From Octopus vulgaris (taxonomy: Eukaryota): DNA of 64,000 bases. Positions 13,268-24,999 of the stretch are shown piece by piece. The notes under the pieces are model-generated. The model was not told where the DNA came from. It made no database searches and was given only the letters and a program-made list of their open reading frames with translations. Position numbers and translations under genes: made by a program. Position 1 is the stretch's first letter. The number at the start of each line of letters is the position of its first letter. The DNA lies in contig OX597830.1 in assembly GCA_951406725.2 (NCBI GenBank), positions 79,794,001 through 79,858,000 of the forward strand, in the 5' to 3' direction.

Positions 13268-13868
13268 TATTTCTTTACTACCCACAAGGGGCTAAACATA
13301 GAGGGGACAAACAAAGACAGACAAAGGGATTAAGTCGATTACATCAACCCCAGTGCAAAACTGGTACTTTATTTATCGACCCCGAAAGGATGAAAGGCAA
13401 AGTCGACCTCGGTGGAATTTGAACTCAGAACGTAACGGCAGACGAAATACCTATTTCTTTATTACCCACAAAGGGCTAAACATAGAGGGGACAAACAAAG
13501 ACAGACAAAGGGATTAAGTCGATTACATCAACCCCAGTGCAAAACTGGTACTTTATTTATCGACCCCGAAAGGATGAAAGGCAAAGTCGACCTCGGTGGA
13601 ATTTGAACTCAGAACGTAACGGCAGACGAAATACCTATTTCTTTATTACCCACAAGGGGCTAAACACAGAGAGGACAAACAAAGACAGACAAATGGATTA
13701 AGTCGATTACATCAACCCCAGTGCGAAACTGGTACTTTATTTATCGACCTCGAAAGGATGAAAGGCAAAGTCGACCTCGGTGGAATTTGAACTCAGAACG
13801 TAACGGCAGACGAAATACGGCTACGCATTTCACCCAGCGTGCTAACGTTTCTGCCAGCTTGCCGCCTT
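13268..13868 (-). mobile_element. Tandem trimer of a tRNA-derived Nin/Deu-domain-like SINE (~183-bp unit)
   Basis: B-box gagttcaaattcc plus gactttgcctttcatcctttcggggtcgataaa repeated three times; the A-box head is present only once (13810-13868). Confidence 0.85.
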
Positions 13869-13992
13869 ACCCATTATCTCCAGCACCACAAGAAATAAGA
13901 AGAAAAAAATCATAATCAAAATGAAATATAAAAACTAGAAATATTTTGATCTTTTTCAATAATAAAATATTTTAGTTTAGATTATAAACTAA

Positions 13993-14216
13993 TTATTGTT
14001 CAGTTTCTACTGCTGGTGGATTATTATTATTATCTTCTATCTCGATATCTTCAGTATTTAATGCAGTTTCTGAAATTTCCTCTTCCACCTCTTCTTCAGG
14101 CATTATAGCGTCTAGATTTTCAAGCTCCAAGTCGTGCTCACTGTCTAGACTCCCACGTGGCATTGAGGATGCGGACATTTTCGTACGTCTCCTCTCCAGT
14201 GCTTCTTGTTCTTCAA
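13993..14216 (-). CDS. MDH1B: MDH1B-like gene, probable terminal exon (acidic tail VEEQEALERRRTKM...PPAVETEQ*)
   Basis: Acceptor ttttctaattcag|TT in phase 1 (G|TT = Val), open to TAA at 13993. Non-repetitive, Glu-rich, coding-like sequence. Confidence 0.68.
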
Positions 14217-14260
14217 CTGAATTAGAAAAAAAAATATATATATATAAAAAAGCAATCAAT

Positions 14261-14660
14261 CAGGAGTGGCTGTGTGGTAAGTAGCTTGCTAACCAACCAC
14301 ATGGTTCCGGGTTCAGTCCCACTGCATGGCATCTTGGGCAAGTGTGTTCTACTATAGCCCCGGGCTGACCAATGCCTTGTGAGTGGATTTGGTAGACGGA
14401 AACTGAAAGAAGCCTGTCGTATATATGTATATATATATATGTGTGTGTTTGTGTGTGTGTGTGTTTGTCCCCCTAGCATTGCTTGACAGCCGATGCTGGT
14501 GTGTTTACGTCCCCGTCACTTAGCGGTTCAGCAAAAGGGACCGATGGAATAAGTACTGGGCTAACAAAGAATAAGTCCCGGAGTCGATTTGCTCGACTAA
14601 AGGCAGTGCTCCAGCATGGCCGCAGTCAAATGACTGAAACAAGTAAAAGAGTAAAAGAGT
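14261..14660 (+). mobile_element. Full-length tRNA/CORE-type SINE
   Basis: A-box tggctgtgtggtaag, B-box gggttcagtccc, CORE-like tcttgggcaagtgt, (gtaaaaga)n tail. Confidence 0.85.
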
Positions 14661-15048
14661 AATCAATTAATCTCCTGAATGATTCTCCACCCACCACCTA
14701 CCACCACCACCACCACCACCACATCTACATCTCTGTACTTCACCTCTACCCTCTAACTCCTACTAGCATGCAAACCAAACATGAACATCAAAGGCAATTC
14801 TCTGACATGGCACTTTGACTAGCTCTGTATTTCATTAAAAACAAATGAGGTGCTTTAGTGAAGTAAACACTGAATAGAAAAGTAGAAATATCCAGATATA
14901 AATTGTATGTAGCTATGAAGAGTGTAGGGTTACATGATTGGATTGCTACCTAACACTCTTTTGAATCTCTGGTGCAAAACCAACTGGTAAGATTGGTATT
15001 AATGGATATTATAATAATGTACACTTCAGCTATTGTATAATTCATATT

Positions 15049-15448
15049 CTCTCTTTACTCTTTTACTTGTTTCAGTCATTTGACTGCGGCCATGCTGGAG
15101 CACTGCCCTTAGTTGAGCAAATCAACCCCAGGATTTATTCCTTGTAAGCCTAAAACTTATTCTATCGGTCTCTTTTGCCGAACCGCTAAGATACGGGGGA
15201 CGTAAACACACCATAAGATACGGGGGAACAAACACAGACACACAAACACACACACACACACATATATATACATATACATATATACGACGGGTTTCTTTCA
15301 GTTTCCGTCCACCAAATCCACTCACAAGGCTTTGGTCAGCCCGAGGCTATAGTAGAATACACTTGCCCAAGGTGCCACGCTGTGGGACTGAACCCGGAAC
15401 CATGTGGTTGGTAAGCAAGCTACTTACCACACAGCCACTCCTGCACCT
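15049..15448 (-). mobile_element. Full-length tRNA/CORE-type SINE, inverted relative to 14261-14660
   Basis: Reverse complement of the same family, about 390 bp away in the last MDH1B intron. Confidence 0.85.
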
Positions 15449-16044
15449 ATACATATATATATAAGGTAAAATATTCACCACTTAAAAGAGGGCGTTGCAT
15501 TAGAACACAAATGATGTAATATTTACCAAGGGAGAAAACTCTCATATGCTTATATGGTGCATAGAAGCACATCATAGTTATCGCCAGCAGTAGACAATCA
15601 CTACTACTTCCACTGCTTGGACTACCAGATCACGTGATTTCAGCCTCATTTGGCCATTTCAGTGATGGACACCAAATAGCTGGAAATAGCAGTAACTGCC
15701 ATGCTAGCAATATACATAGAAATACAGAGCCATAACTGGCACTGATGTTGCTAAAGGCCAGTGGGCTTATTAAAAAATAGAGTGACAGAGGTAATATTAA
15801 GAACCAAAGGTAAAATATTCACCACTTAAAAGTGAAATTTGCATTAAAACAATTAAATACTGCAATATTTACCGAGAGACAAGACATCCATATGGTTATA
15901 TTGAAAAAGCCCAATCAGGCCAAAATCATATGATGTGATGGTCTGAGCAGTGGAAGTAGTGGATTGTCTGCCACTGGTGATAGATATGACGTGCCTTTGT
16001 GCACCAGTTAACCATATGAGGGTTTTCTCTCTTGGTAAATATTC

Positions 16045-16690
16045 TTTTCTACTCTAGGCACAAGGCCAGAAATTTTGGGGGAGGGGGCCAGTCGATTAGA
16101 TCGACCGCAGTACGCAACTGGTAGTTAATTTATTAACCCTGAAAGGATAAAAGGTAAAGTCGACCTCAGCAGAATTTGAACTCAGAATGTAAAGACAGAT
16201 GAAATACCTATTTCTTTACTGCCCACAAGGGGATAAACACAGAGAGGACAAGCAAGGACAGACAAATGGATTAAGGTGATTATATCAACCCCAGTGCATA
16301 ACTGGTACTTATTTAATCGACCCCGAAAGGATGAAAGGCAAAGTCGACCTCGGCAGAATTTGAACTCAGAACGTAGTGGCAGACGAAATACTGCTAAGCA
16401 TTTCGCCCAGTGTGCTAACGTTTCTGCCAGCTTGCCGCCTTAGTGTGATACTAATTCTGCCATCTCACTGCTTTCAAGTAATTTAATAACAGTTTCAGAT
16501 GTTGGCACAAGGCCAGCAATTTTGAGGGAGGGGTAAGGTGATTACATCAGCCCCAGTACTCAACTGGTACTTATTTTATTGACCCCAAAAGGATGAAATG
16601 CAAAGTCGACCTTAATGGCATTCGAACTCAGAACTAAGGTCACTAAGCATTTCCCCCAGCTTGGTAACGACTCTGCCAGCTCACCACCTT
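16045..16690 (-). mobile_element. Cluster of Nin/Deu-domain-like SINEs (dimer plus monomer)
   Basis: Three copies of the aaaggatgaaa(g)gcaaagtcgacct...gaactcagaa motif; the dimer junction gaaatacctatttcttt is the same as in the 13.3-kb trimer. Confidence 0.8.
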
Positions 16691-16747
16691 TGTGTAATTT
16701 GATAGCAAAACTAGTAAGCCTCGATTTTTTTTTTTTTTTTGCCTTAC

Positions 16748-16921
16748 CCATTTCTTCCAACAGAAAGCTTAAGACGTCACTTCTTTGACTGGACGGTGTT
16801 CTGGAACTCATAAACGCTGAGTAATCAGTCTCTTCTGATTCTGGTAATGATTCAACAGACACAACTTTTGAGATCAATTTCCATCCTTGACTACAAACAA
16901 GGCTCTATCTTTTACCAAGTT
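16748..16921 (-). CDS. MDH1B: MDH1B-like gene, 174-bp exon with apparent 1-nt deletion (NLVKDRALFVVKDG / LISKVVSVESLPESEE...LLEEM)
   Basis: Acceptor tttttgacag|AAC, donor ATGG|gtaagg. As written it stops at GGA AAT TGA (~16876). One extra base restores the frame of ORF 16560-16877 and the phase needed for the last exon. Confidence 0.72.
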
Positions 16922-17247
16922 CTGTCAAAAATATAACATATTAATTAACGTACACCAGTGACCAAAATGAAGGTTTCATATGTAAAATGATGCATGAAGA
17001 AAGAAGACTTAAAGACACCTACCCAAAGTGCCACGCAGTGGGACTGAACCCGAAACCACATAGCTAGGAAGCAAGCTCCCTAACCACACAGCCATGCCCG
17101 CTGCTTCATAAATACATAGACACACACATACACATCACCACCACCACCACCACCACCACCATTAAAATGATGACAATGATGATGATGATGATGATAATGA
17201 AGATCGTGATTATGATGATCATGATATGGATGTTGAGGATGATGTGC

Positions 17248-17278
<31 letters not shown>

Positions 17279-17329
17279 GTGTGAGTGTGGGTGTGGAGGA
17301 AAAGGATAAACCCTAGTTATCAGTATAGT

Positions 17330-17728
17330 GAATGAGGTTATACAGGAAGATGTCATACCGAATGACTGATTAAACAGCATCGAAGACAACTGCTACAAAA
17401 GTAAAGGGTCTGCCACAGATTGAAGTAACTACAGAGGCATCAAACAGCTGGACTAGGTCGAGAAAGCTATGGAAAGAGTTATAGCTCAATTAATTGGAGA
17501 AAGAAAGAGAGAGAGTAGATGAGATGTGGTTTGATTTTGTGCCGGGGACGAAAGTGCTATGAATGAGGCTAGTGTGCAGGAGAAGCACTAAGCTAAAAGT
17601 AAGCTGTTGTACTAAGCTGTCTTCAGGATTTCTCACCTTGTGGTCTTGTGGTTTGCCCAAGGTGCCATGCAGTGGGACTGAACCTGGAATCATGAGATTG
17701 GGAAGCAAGCTTCTTTCCACACAGCACT

Positions 17729-17769
<41 letters not shown>

Positions 17770-18245
17770 CATCATCGTTTAATGTCCGCCCTCCATGCTG
17801 GCATGGGTTGGACGGTTTGACTGAGGACTGGTGAGGCAGAGGCTGCACCAGACTCCAATCTGATCTGGCAGAGTTTCTACAGCTGGATGCCCTTCCTAAT
17901 GCCAACCACTCTGAGAGTGTAGTGGGTGCTTTTATGTACCACTGGCACAAGGGCCAGTCAGGCAGTTCTGGCAACAACTATGCTCAAAAGGTGTTTTTGC
18001 ATGCTACTTGTTGAGAGAGCTAGTTAGTGGAAGAATGGCTTGTGAGAACCATAAAAGACATGTACAGAGATGCTGTTAGTTAGGTGAGAGTTTAGCTATG
18101 AGTACAATGATGAGTTTAGAGTACAGACAGGAGTTCATCAGGATTCGGTTCACAGTTGCCTTTTCTATTCATCACAATTATCCAGGCAACAATGGAAGAA
18201 TTTAAGAGCAAATACCTGTGGGAACTGCTATATGCTGATGACCAC
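17330..18245 (+). mobile_element. Decayed RTE-clade RT relic interrupted by SINEs
   Basis: Residual motifs IPND, NYRGIKQLD, KAMERVI, DFVPG, GVHQDS and ELLYADD, with stops and frameshifts. Confidence 0.65.
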
Positions 18246-18639
18246 ACCCAAAGAAACCTCTTTAGTTCTGGTTCCTTTTTCATACTTCAACCTCTCATCT
18301 AGCTCAAAGCCACTTCTCAACTGTATCTCCATTCAGCTGAAAGGGATCCTCCACTGTAACCCGGTCAGTTCAAGTCTTGTGCTCTACAGAGTGATCTCCC
18401 CTTACAATAGCATCCAGTACATGCTGTAAAGTGGTTGGCATTTCAAACTGTTTATACATGGTTCCAGGTTCAGTCCCACTGCGTGGCATCTTGGGCAAGT
18501 GTATAACCTTTTTGGCATAATTTTATCAAAGAACTTTTTTGGTATATTCCAAACACCATCTTAATAACATAAAGATAGATTGTTTTCCTAAATCTATCAT
18601 GGATAGTGAATTTCATAATTAATTTGGTTGCAAAACGAT

Positions 18640-18868
18640 TTAACCCTTTTGTTACTGTATTTATTTTAAGATGATTTTTGCTTCTTTCAATTACTTTAAA
18701 TATAACAAAGAATTGAGTAAAATAACTTAGTTATCATTAAGCTAGTGTTAGGAACATAAATTGTGACTAAGGTTTGGTGGAAGATTTTAATTTAAAACTT
18801 ATGAAAACAAGACATTTGTAGTCAGAGCCAGAGCTGGTTTCAGCCGGGTTGGTAACAAAAGGATTTAA
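18640..18868. mobile_element. piggyBac-like MITE
   Basis: ttaa-cccttttgttac ... gtaacaaaagga-t-ttaa: imperfect terminal inverted repeats with TTAA flanks. Confidence 0.65.
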
Positions 18869-18920
18869 ATGTTTAGAGATTAAAAACCAAAATAGAGAAG
18901 AAAAAATCCAAGATACTTAC

Positions 18921-19051
18921 TTCGATTATTAAATCCATATCTTCTCTGCATTTTTCAGATATACTCAGATTTTCAATGACAGAATATGCTAATGGTAGAT
19001 AAAATGCTACTGGGAATGAAAAAGCGATGCCTTCTGGAACACCATACCAAC
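18921..19051 (-). CDS. MDH1B: MDH1B-like gene, 131-bp exon ((G)WYGVPEGIAFSFPVAFYLPLAYSVIENLSISEKCREDMDLIIE)
   Basis: Not in the ORF track. Acceptor ttctattaccag|GT, donor GAA|gtaagt. The phase 1 start fits the previous exon, and YGVPEG..FSFPV is the conserved MDH C-terminal motif. Confidence 0.9.
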
Positions 19052-19855
19052 CTGGTAATAGAAAAGAAAGTATTTCTAAACAGCTTTGTTTTCATCAAGA
19101 ATGCTATGTCAGTGGTTGGAATATAAACAAAGCAACTTAAAGCTTTCATGCGAGGAAGAAATAAATGTTGTGATCTACAGTTAAAGCTTATTATCCTCCA
19201 ACCCCATGTTATATTATCCTTGTGTCAATCTAATGTAGAGCAGAATTCCACATGTGCATTCAGCCCTAGAATATACCCCGCATGTAGGATATCATGTGGT
19301 AACCAAATAATGATATGAGCTTTTAAATGCAGGTTAGGAAGTCTAGAGTCAGGTTATGAGGTCTAGAGTATCACTCATCAACTTTTTCAGGTACCACTTG
19401 AAAAGGAAGATGAGAATGGAGAGGCAGGTTTTGTCTCGTGAAAGTTTCGTAAAAAGGTGGGTGAATGTAGCAAAGATGGTATTTTTGGTACTCATTTTCA
19501 ATTAAGTGTACTGGAAAATATGGAAACCAAAAGAAGCAGCACAAATGCTAGGACACAAGAAGCTCCTAAGCAGATCGAGTGCAGATATGAACAGCATATG
19601 GGAACCGGTATTAAGGAAGGATAGGAGAATATTAGAGTTATAAGCCCTAAAATTTACTCCATAGTTGCTCACGGGCATATGGCATAGTGGTTAAGAGTGC
19701 AGGCTACTAACCCCGAGATTCCGGGTTTGATTCCAGGCAGTGACTGGATGATGATGATGATGGTGATAGTGATGATGTGATGGTGATGATGATGATGATG
19801 ATGATGGTGATGATGATGGTGATGGTGATGATGATGATGATGGTGATGATGGTGG

Positions 19856-19886
<31 letters not shown>

Positions 19887-20089
19887 GGTGATAGTGGTAG
19901 TTGCGGCGGCGATGGTGGTGATGGTGATAATGATGATGATGATGATTTCGTTGTCGTCATAAATTTCATGACTAGCTGTTCAAGAAAAATGCTCTCTAAA
20001 GAACTAAACTGGAACTTTCGCTTCTAAAGAATTTAACGCTGACTGCAACCGAAATGAATTAAGATTAAATACGGAAGAATTTTGCTTAC

Positions 20090-21188
20090 CATCGGATATA
20101 AGAGTCGCAGAGAATATGGCATTTGATGATAAACCATTCCACCAGTAATTTAATGTTGTTGTTATGGCATGACCAATGAGATGGTAGGTAGGGTGCCGTA
20201 AATTCATTTCATTGACGTGTTTTCTTGAACTGACTTCATTTACATACTCCTTCTTGAGCCAGCTTTGTTGATGAAAAATATCATTTAATGGCTGAGAGAA
20301 TGTAGCTGGACCAACAACTGCACAATCAAACTCTCTAACTAAAGTCTTGTCCAATTCTATCAAATAATCATTGCTGATACTTCCCAATATAACAACGTTA
20401 TCAATGGAGCAGCTGCTTGCTGGCAGTTTTTCAGCTAAAACAGATTTGGCCTGGTTTTCAATTACTTTTGAAACACCAATAATATTTCTGGATGAAATGT
20501 GAGAAACAATCTCATTTAATATGCTCATATTTAAACACATGTAATTATTTCCTGCAACTAATAGCAACGTGTCACTTTTGGCAACTTTCAACAGAGTTGT
20601 CCCATAAAACCCAAAAAGAACAGCGTTTCTTTCCGTCCACCGATGTACTTTTTCCTCTTCTTTCCTTTCTACCTCATCCAAAAAGATAATAATTCTACTT
20701 CCTTTAAAAGCTTTTTCACAGTCAGATGTAACAAAGACATTCAAATACAGAAGTCCATAAGCCATGTTTTGTATATTTTCAGCGATGTATTGCAATTCAG
20801 CTGTCTGTGCTGGATCGCAGTCCAGAAGACACAATGAAATTTTCTCTTCACCAAATATTTTCCCTGAGAGTAAACTGTCGACCAAACTGAAACAAACTGG
20901 GCTACTAGCATTTGTTATGCACACTTTAATGAATTTTTCGTTTCTTATCCTTTCTCTTTCTTCTTCATCAAGTTCGATTTTAGTGGTTTGATTTTCATAA
21001 GCAATGACTTTCATACTTTTGCCGTCCAAATCAATAGTAACGCCATAGTAGCCGTATGCATATTCTTCAAATTCATTCGATCCACCAATTAAAACACCTT
21101 TCCCACCTCGATCAACCAATTCTCTCCAAATTATTGGTGATTGTTCATGCTTCCAACCATTTGCCTCACATATTTCACAAAGCCATTC
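20090..21188 (-). CDS. MDH1B: MDH1B-like gene, large 1099-bp exon (EWLCEICEANGWKHEQSPIIWRELVDRGGKG...SATLISDG)
   Basis: Core of ORF 20004-21197. Acceptor gattcag|GAA, donor GATG|gtaagc. SPIIWREL.DRGGKG..GG.NEF and TTL.YWW.G motifs are characteristic of MDH1B. Confidence 0.93.
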
Positions 21189-21379
21189 CTGAATCACACA
21201 AAGTTAAACAAAAATTAAAACCAACATAAAATTGAATTGAAACATTGATAAAGCATAGGTATTAACTATTATATCATAGCCATTAACTATTGCAGAAATT
21301 CAATTTCCTCTAGGAAAAATGTTTGTGTACACACAATTATTATCTTTTGAGCAATACGTATAAAATATGCATGCACATA

Positions 21380-21559
21380 ATAGGCACAGGAGTGGCTGTG
21401 TGGTAAGTAGCTTGCTTACCAACCTCATGGTTCCGGGTTCAGTCCCACTGTGTGGCACCTTAGGCAAGTGTCTTCTACTATAGCCTCAGGCTATAGCCTC
21501 ACAAAGCCTTGTGAGTGGATTTGGTAGACAGAAACTGAAAGAAGCCCGTCGCATATATG

Positions 21560-21601
<42 letters not shown>

Positions 21602-22014
21602 TGTGTGTGTGTATGTGTGTGTGTATATATATTTTTGTGTGTCTGTGTTTGTCCCCCCAACATCGCTTGACAACCGATGCTGGTGTGTTTACGTCCCTGA
21701 AACTTAGCAGTTCGGCAAAAGAGGCTGATAGAATAAGTACTAGGCTTACAAAGAATAAGTCCTGGGGTCAATTTGTCAACTAAAGGCAGTGCTCCAGCAT
21801 GGCCACAGTCAAATGACTGAAAGAAGTAAAAGAGTATATGTATATACGACAGGCTTCTTTTCAGTTTCCATCTACCTGATCCACTCACAAGGCTTTGGTT
21901 GACCTGAGGTTGTAGTAGAAGACACTTGTCCAAGGTGCCACACAGTGAGATTGAACCTAGAACAACATTGGCTGGGAAGCAAGCTTCTTACCACACAGCC
22001 ACTCCTGTGCCTAT
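21380..22014. mobile_element. Tail-to-tail pair of CORE-type SINEs flanked by a 17-bp direct repeat
   Basis: Termini ataggcacaggagtggctgtgtggtaag / cttaccacacagccactcctgtgcctat; taaaatatgcatgcaca at 21361-21377 and 22020-22036. Confidence 0.8.
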
Positions 22015-22365
22015 AGGTGTAAAATATGCATGCACACGAGCAAGTGCACAGCTTAAAGGAAACAGTGCACCTAAGATTCCACTGAGCTGCACACCATCAT
22101 CAAGTGTAGAGACGCAGCAACTGTCATATATATATCTTTTTCCTTTTGAATCTTTTACTTGTTTCGGTCATCAGACTGCGGCCATGCTGGGGCACCGCTT
22201 TGAAGAATTTTAGTTGAATGAATCGATCCTAGTCTTTATTATTTTCATTTTAAGCCAGGTACTTATTTCATTGGTCTCCTTTTGCTGAACTGCTAAGATA
22301 TGGGGACATAGACACCAACACTGGCTGTCGGGTGATGGTGGGGGCAAACATAGACTCAAAGACAT

Positions 22366-22414
<49 letters not shown>

Positions 22415-22429
22415 AATATACTCATACAG

Positions 22430-23100
22430 AGGCAAGGACTGAGACCATTTGGCATTATGCTGTGCTTTGGGTGTTTGGCTTTTGTCATTATGCCAAGCTT
22501 GGGAAGAAGACCCACCAAGCCAAGTAAAACCACAGGCGTGGTAGATACTGGTGTCACATAAATTGCACCAGTGTCAGTAGAACGTATAAAGCACCCATTA
22601 CACTCTTGGAGTGGTTGGCATTAGGAAGGGCATCAAGCCATAGAAACCATACCAAAGCAGACTGGAGTCTGGTGTAGCCTTCCATCTTACTAGCATGGGT
22701 TAAACCATCCAGCCCATACCAGCATGGATAATGTATGTTAAATAATGATGATGATAATATGCTGAGACCCCCTTCGTTCATGACTGACCATGGGATTGCA
22801 CTTAGAAAGTTACCTTCTGAGGCACAAGTCTGCGCAAGGTTGTTTACTGAAGACCGGCAGTGGCCCATGCATACCGGCCTCCCCTCTCCACGCCACCAGT
22901 GTTATCCAAGGGAAAGGCAAAGGCCGATACAGCTCGGCACCTGTGATGACGCAACTCATTTCTACAGTTGAGTGAACTGGAGCAACATGAAATAAAGTGT
23001 CTTGCTCAAGAACACAACGCACAGCCCAGTCCGGGATTCAAACTCACAACCTCCCAATCGTAAGCTCGACGCTCTAACCACAGAGCCATAGGCATTCACA
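22430..23100. mobile_element. Adjacent SINEs: one with a ggc(a/g)ttaggaagggcatc central motif (+) and one tRNA-headed CORE-like copy (-); mirrored at 9280-9960
   Basis: Family motifs also seen at 3352-3500, 3830-4290, 13022-13160, 17765-18000, 23960-24365 and 24685-24855. Confidence 0.7.
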
Positions 23101-23111
23101 AATGATGATGA

Positions 23112-23147
<36 letters not shown>

Positions 23148-23224
23148 ATTAGGGAATAAATCCAAACTTACAGGGAAAAAGGAGATTTAGGATTAAATCC
23201 AATTTTATAGTATAAATATATTAT

Positions 23225-23772
23225 ATTATATTATATTATATTAAATTAGAGATAAAACCACTATTAGGCAAATCAAACAGTGAAAAACATAAGCCAATAC
23301 ATAAAATTAATTTGAAATATAAAAGTTAAAAATAAAAAATTATTTAAATAATTTAAACTTATAAATTTTATATATATATATAAAAATATATATATATGTA
23401 TATATGTATATTTTTATATTTATATATTATTTTATTAATTGATTAATTAATTAATTTATTAATTAATTTATTTATTTATTTTTTAAACTTTTAATACTTT
23501 TGATATATTTAAAAAAATATAAAAATAAATAAATAAATAAAAATAAAAATAAATAAATAAATAAATTAATTAATCAATAAAATAATATATAAATATAAAA
23601 ATATACATACATACATATATATATATATTTATATATATATATATAAAATTTATAAGTTTAAATTATTCAAATAATTTTTTATTTTTAACTTTTATATTTT
23701 AAATTAATTTTATGTATTGGCTTATGTTTTTCACTGTTTGATTTGCCTAATAGTGGTTTTATCTCTAATTTA

Positions 23773-23785
<13 letters not shown>
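23225..23785. repeat. AT-rich fold-back inverted repeat (~250-bp arms)
   Basis: taaattagagataaaaccactattaggcaaatcaaacagtgaaaaacataagcc at ~23242 is mirrored at ~23718-23772; centre ~23485-23515. Confidence 0.9.
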
Positions 23786-23844
<59 letters not shown>

Positions 23845-24886
23845 TATGTGTGTGTTTGTGTGTGTGTATTTATATATACATATATATATATATATATATG
23901 GTTAGTCCACATAACTCAGTAAGGAGCACAAAACCAGTTTTCCAGTTTGTCTGGTGTGCACCATTCAAAAGTGGTCAATGCCAGTGCTTCCTGACTGGTT
24001 CCTGTGCCAGCAACATGTAAAAAATATCCACTCATTCACAAAGTTGTTGATGTTAGGAAGGGCATCAGCTGTAGAAACACTGCCAGATCAGACTGGAGCC
24101 TGGTGCAGCCACTGGCTTTCCAGACATTAGTCAAACCATCCAACCCATGCTAGCATGGAAAACAGACGTTAAACGATGATGAATATGATGATGATGATAT
24201 ATTCCTCACTGGATTACTCACTTTTGCCAGCTGAGTGGACTGGGGCAACGTGAAATAAAGTGATTTGTCTCAAAGAATACAATGCATTGTCCGATCCATG
24301 AATGAAAACCATGAACTCATGATCAGAACTCCAACACCCTAACCACTAAGCCATGCACCTCCACTACACACACACACATACACACACACACATATTGTAA
24401 GGTGAGCTGGCAGAATCATTAGCACGCCAGACAAAATGCATAGCGGTATTTTGTCTGTCTTTATGTTCTGAGTTCAAATTCACCGAGATCGACTTTGCCT
24501 TTCATCCTTTTGGGGGGGTCGACTGAATAAATACCAATTATGTACTGGGGTCGATGTAATCAACATAATTGGTCATGTCGGTCCCCTCTATGTTTAGACC
24601 CCTGTGGGTAATAAATATATATATATAGTTATCTGTATGTCCCCCCACACACATATGCATACATACATCTATATAACAAAAAGGGAAGCACCCACTACAC
24701 TCTCGGAGTGGTTGGCGTTAGGAAGGGCATCGAACTGTAGAAACTCTGCCAGACAAAGATTGGAGCCAGGTGCAGCCATCTGGTTCGCCAGCCCTCAGTC
24801 AAAATCATCCAACCCATGCTAGCATGGAAAGCGGACGTTTAAACGATGATGATGATATTTATATATGTATAAGAAATATAACTAAC

Positions 24887-24999
24887 CGGCCATTCTGCAG
24901 TTGTTTTCACAATCTTGTGAATTTTGAAATCTGGAAGATTACGTGCGAGTTTGTCCCCAAGCAGCTCTGCTCGGACATAGTAAGGGCAGTCTTGCATTC
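24887..24999 (-). CDS. MDH1B: MDH1B-like gene, first identifiable coding exon (113 bp; (G)[37 protein letters not shown])
   Basis: Acceptor ttttctcaaag|GA and donor CCG|gttagt. The peptide matches the recalled MDH1B N-terminus (DCPYY..ELL.D.L..NLPDF.IHKI). It ends in phase 0, matching the next exon. The tiny upstream exon (MAKFVIAG-like in vertebrates) was not found; an in-frame ATG lies at 24997-24995. Confidence 0.88.

Noticed and set aside
13268-13868. CRISPR-like array or tRNA gene cluster
   Set aside because: Eukaryotic SINE tandem with no unique spacers; the A/B boxes do not sit in a complete cloverleaf.
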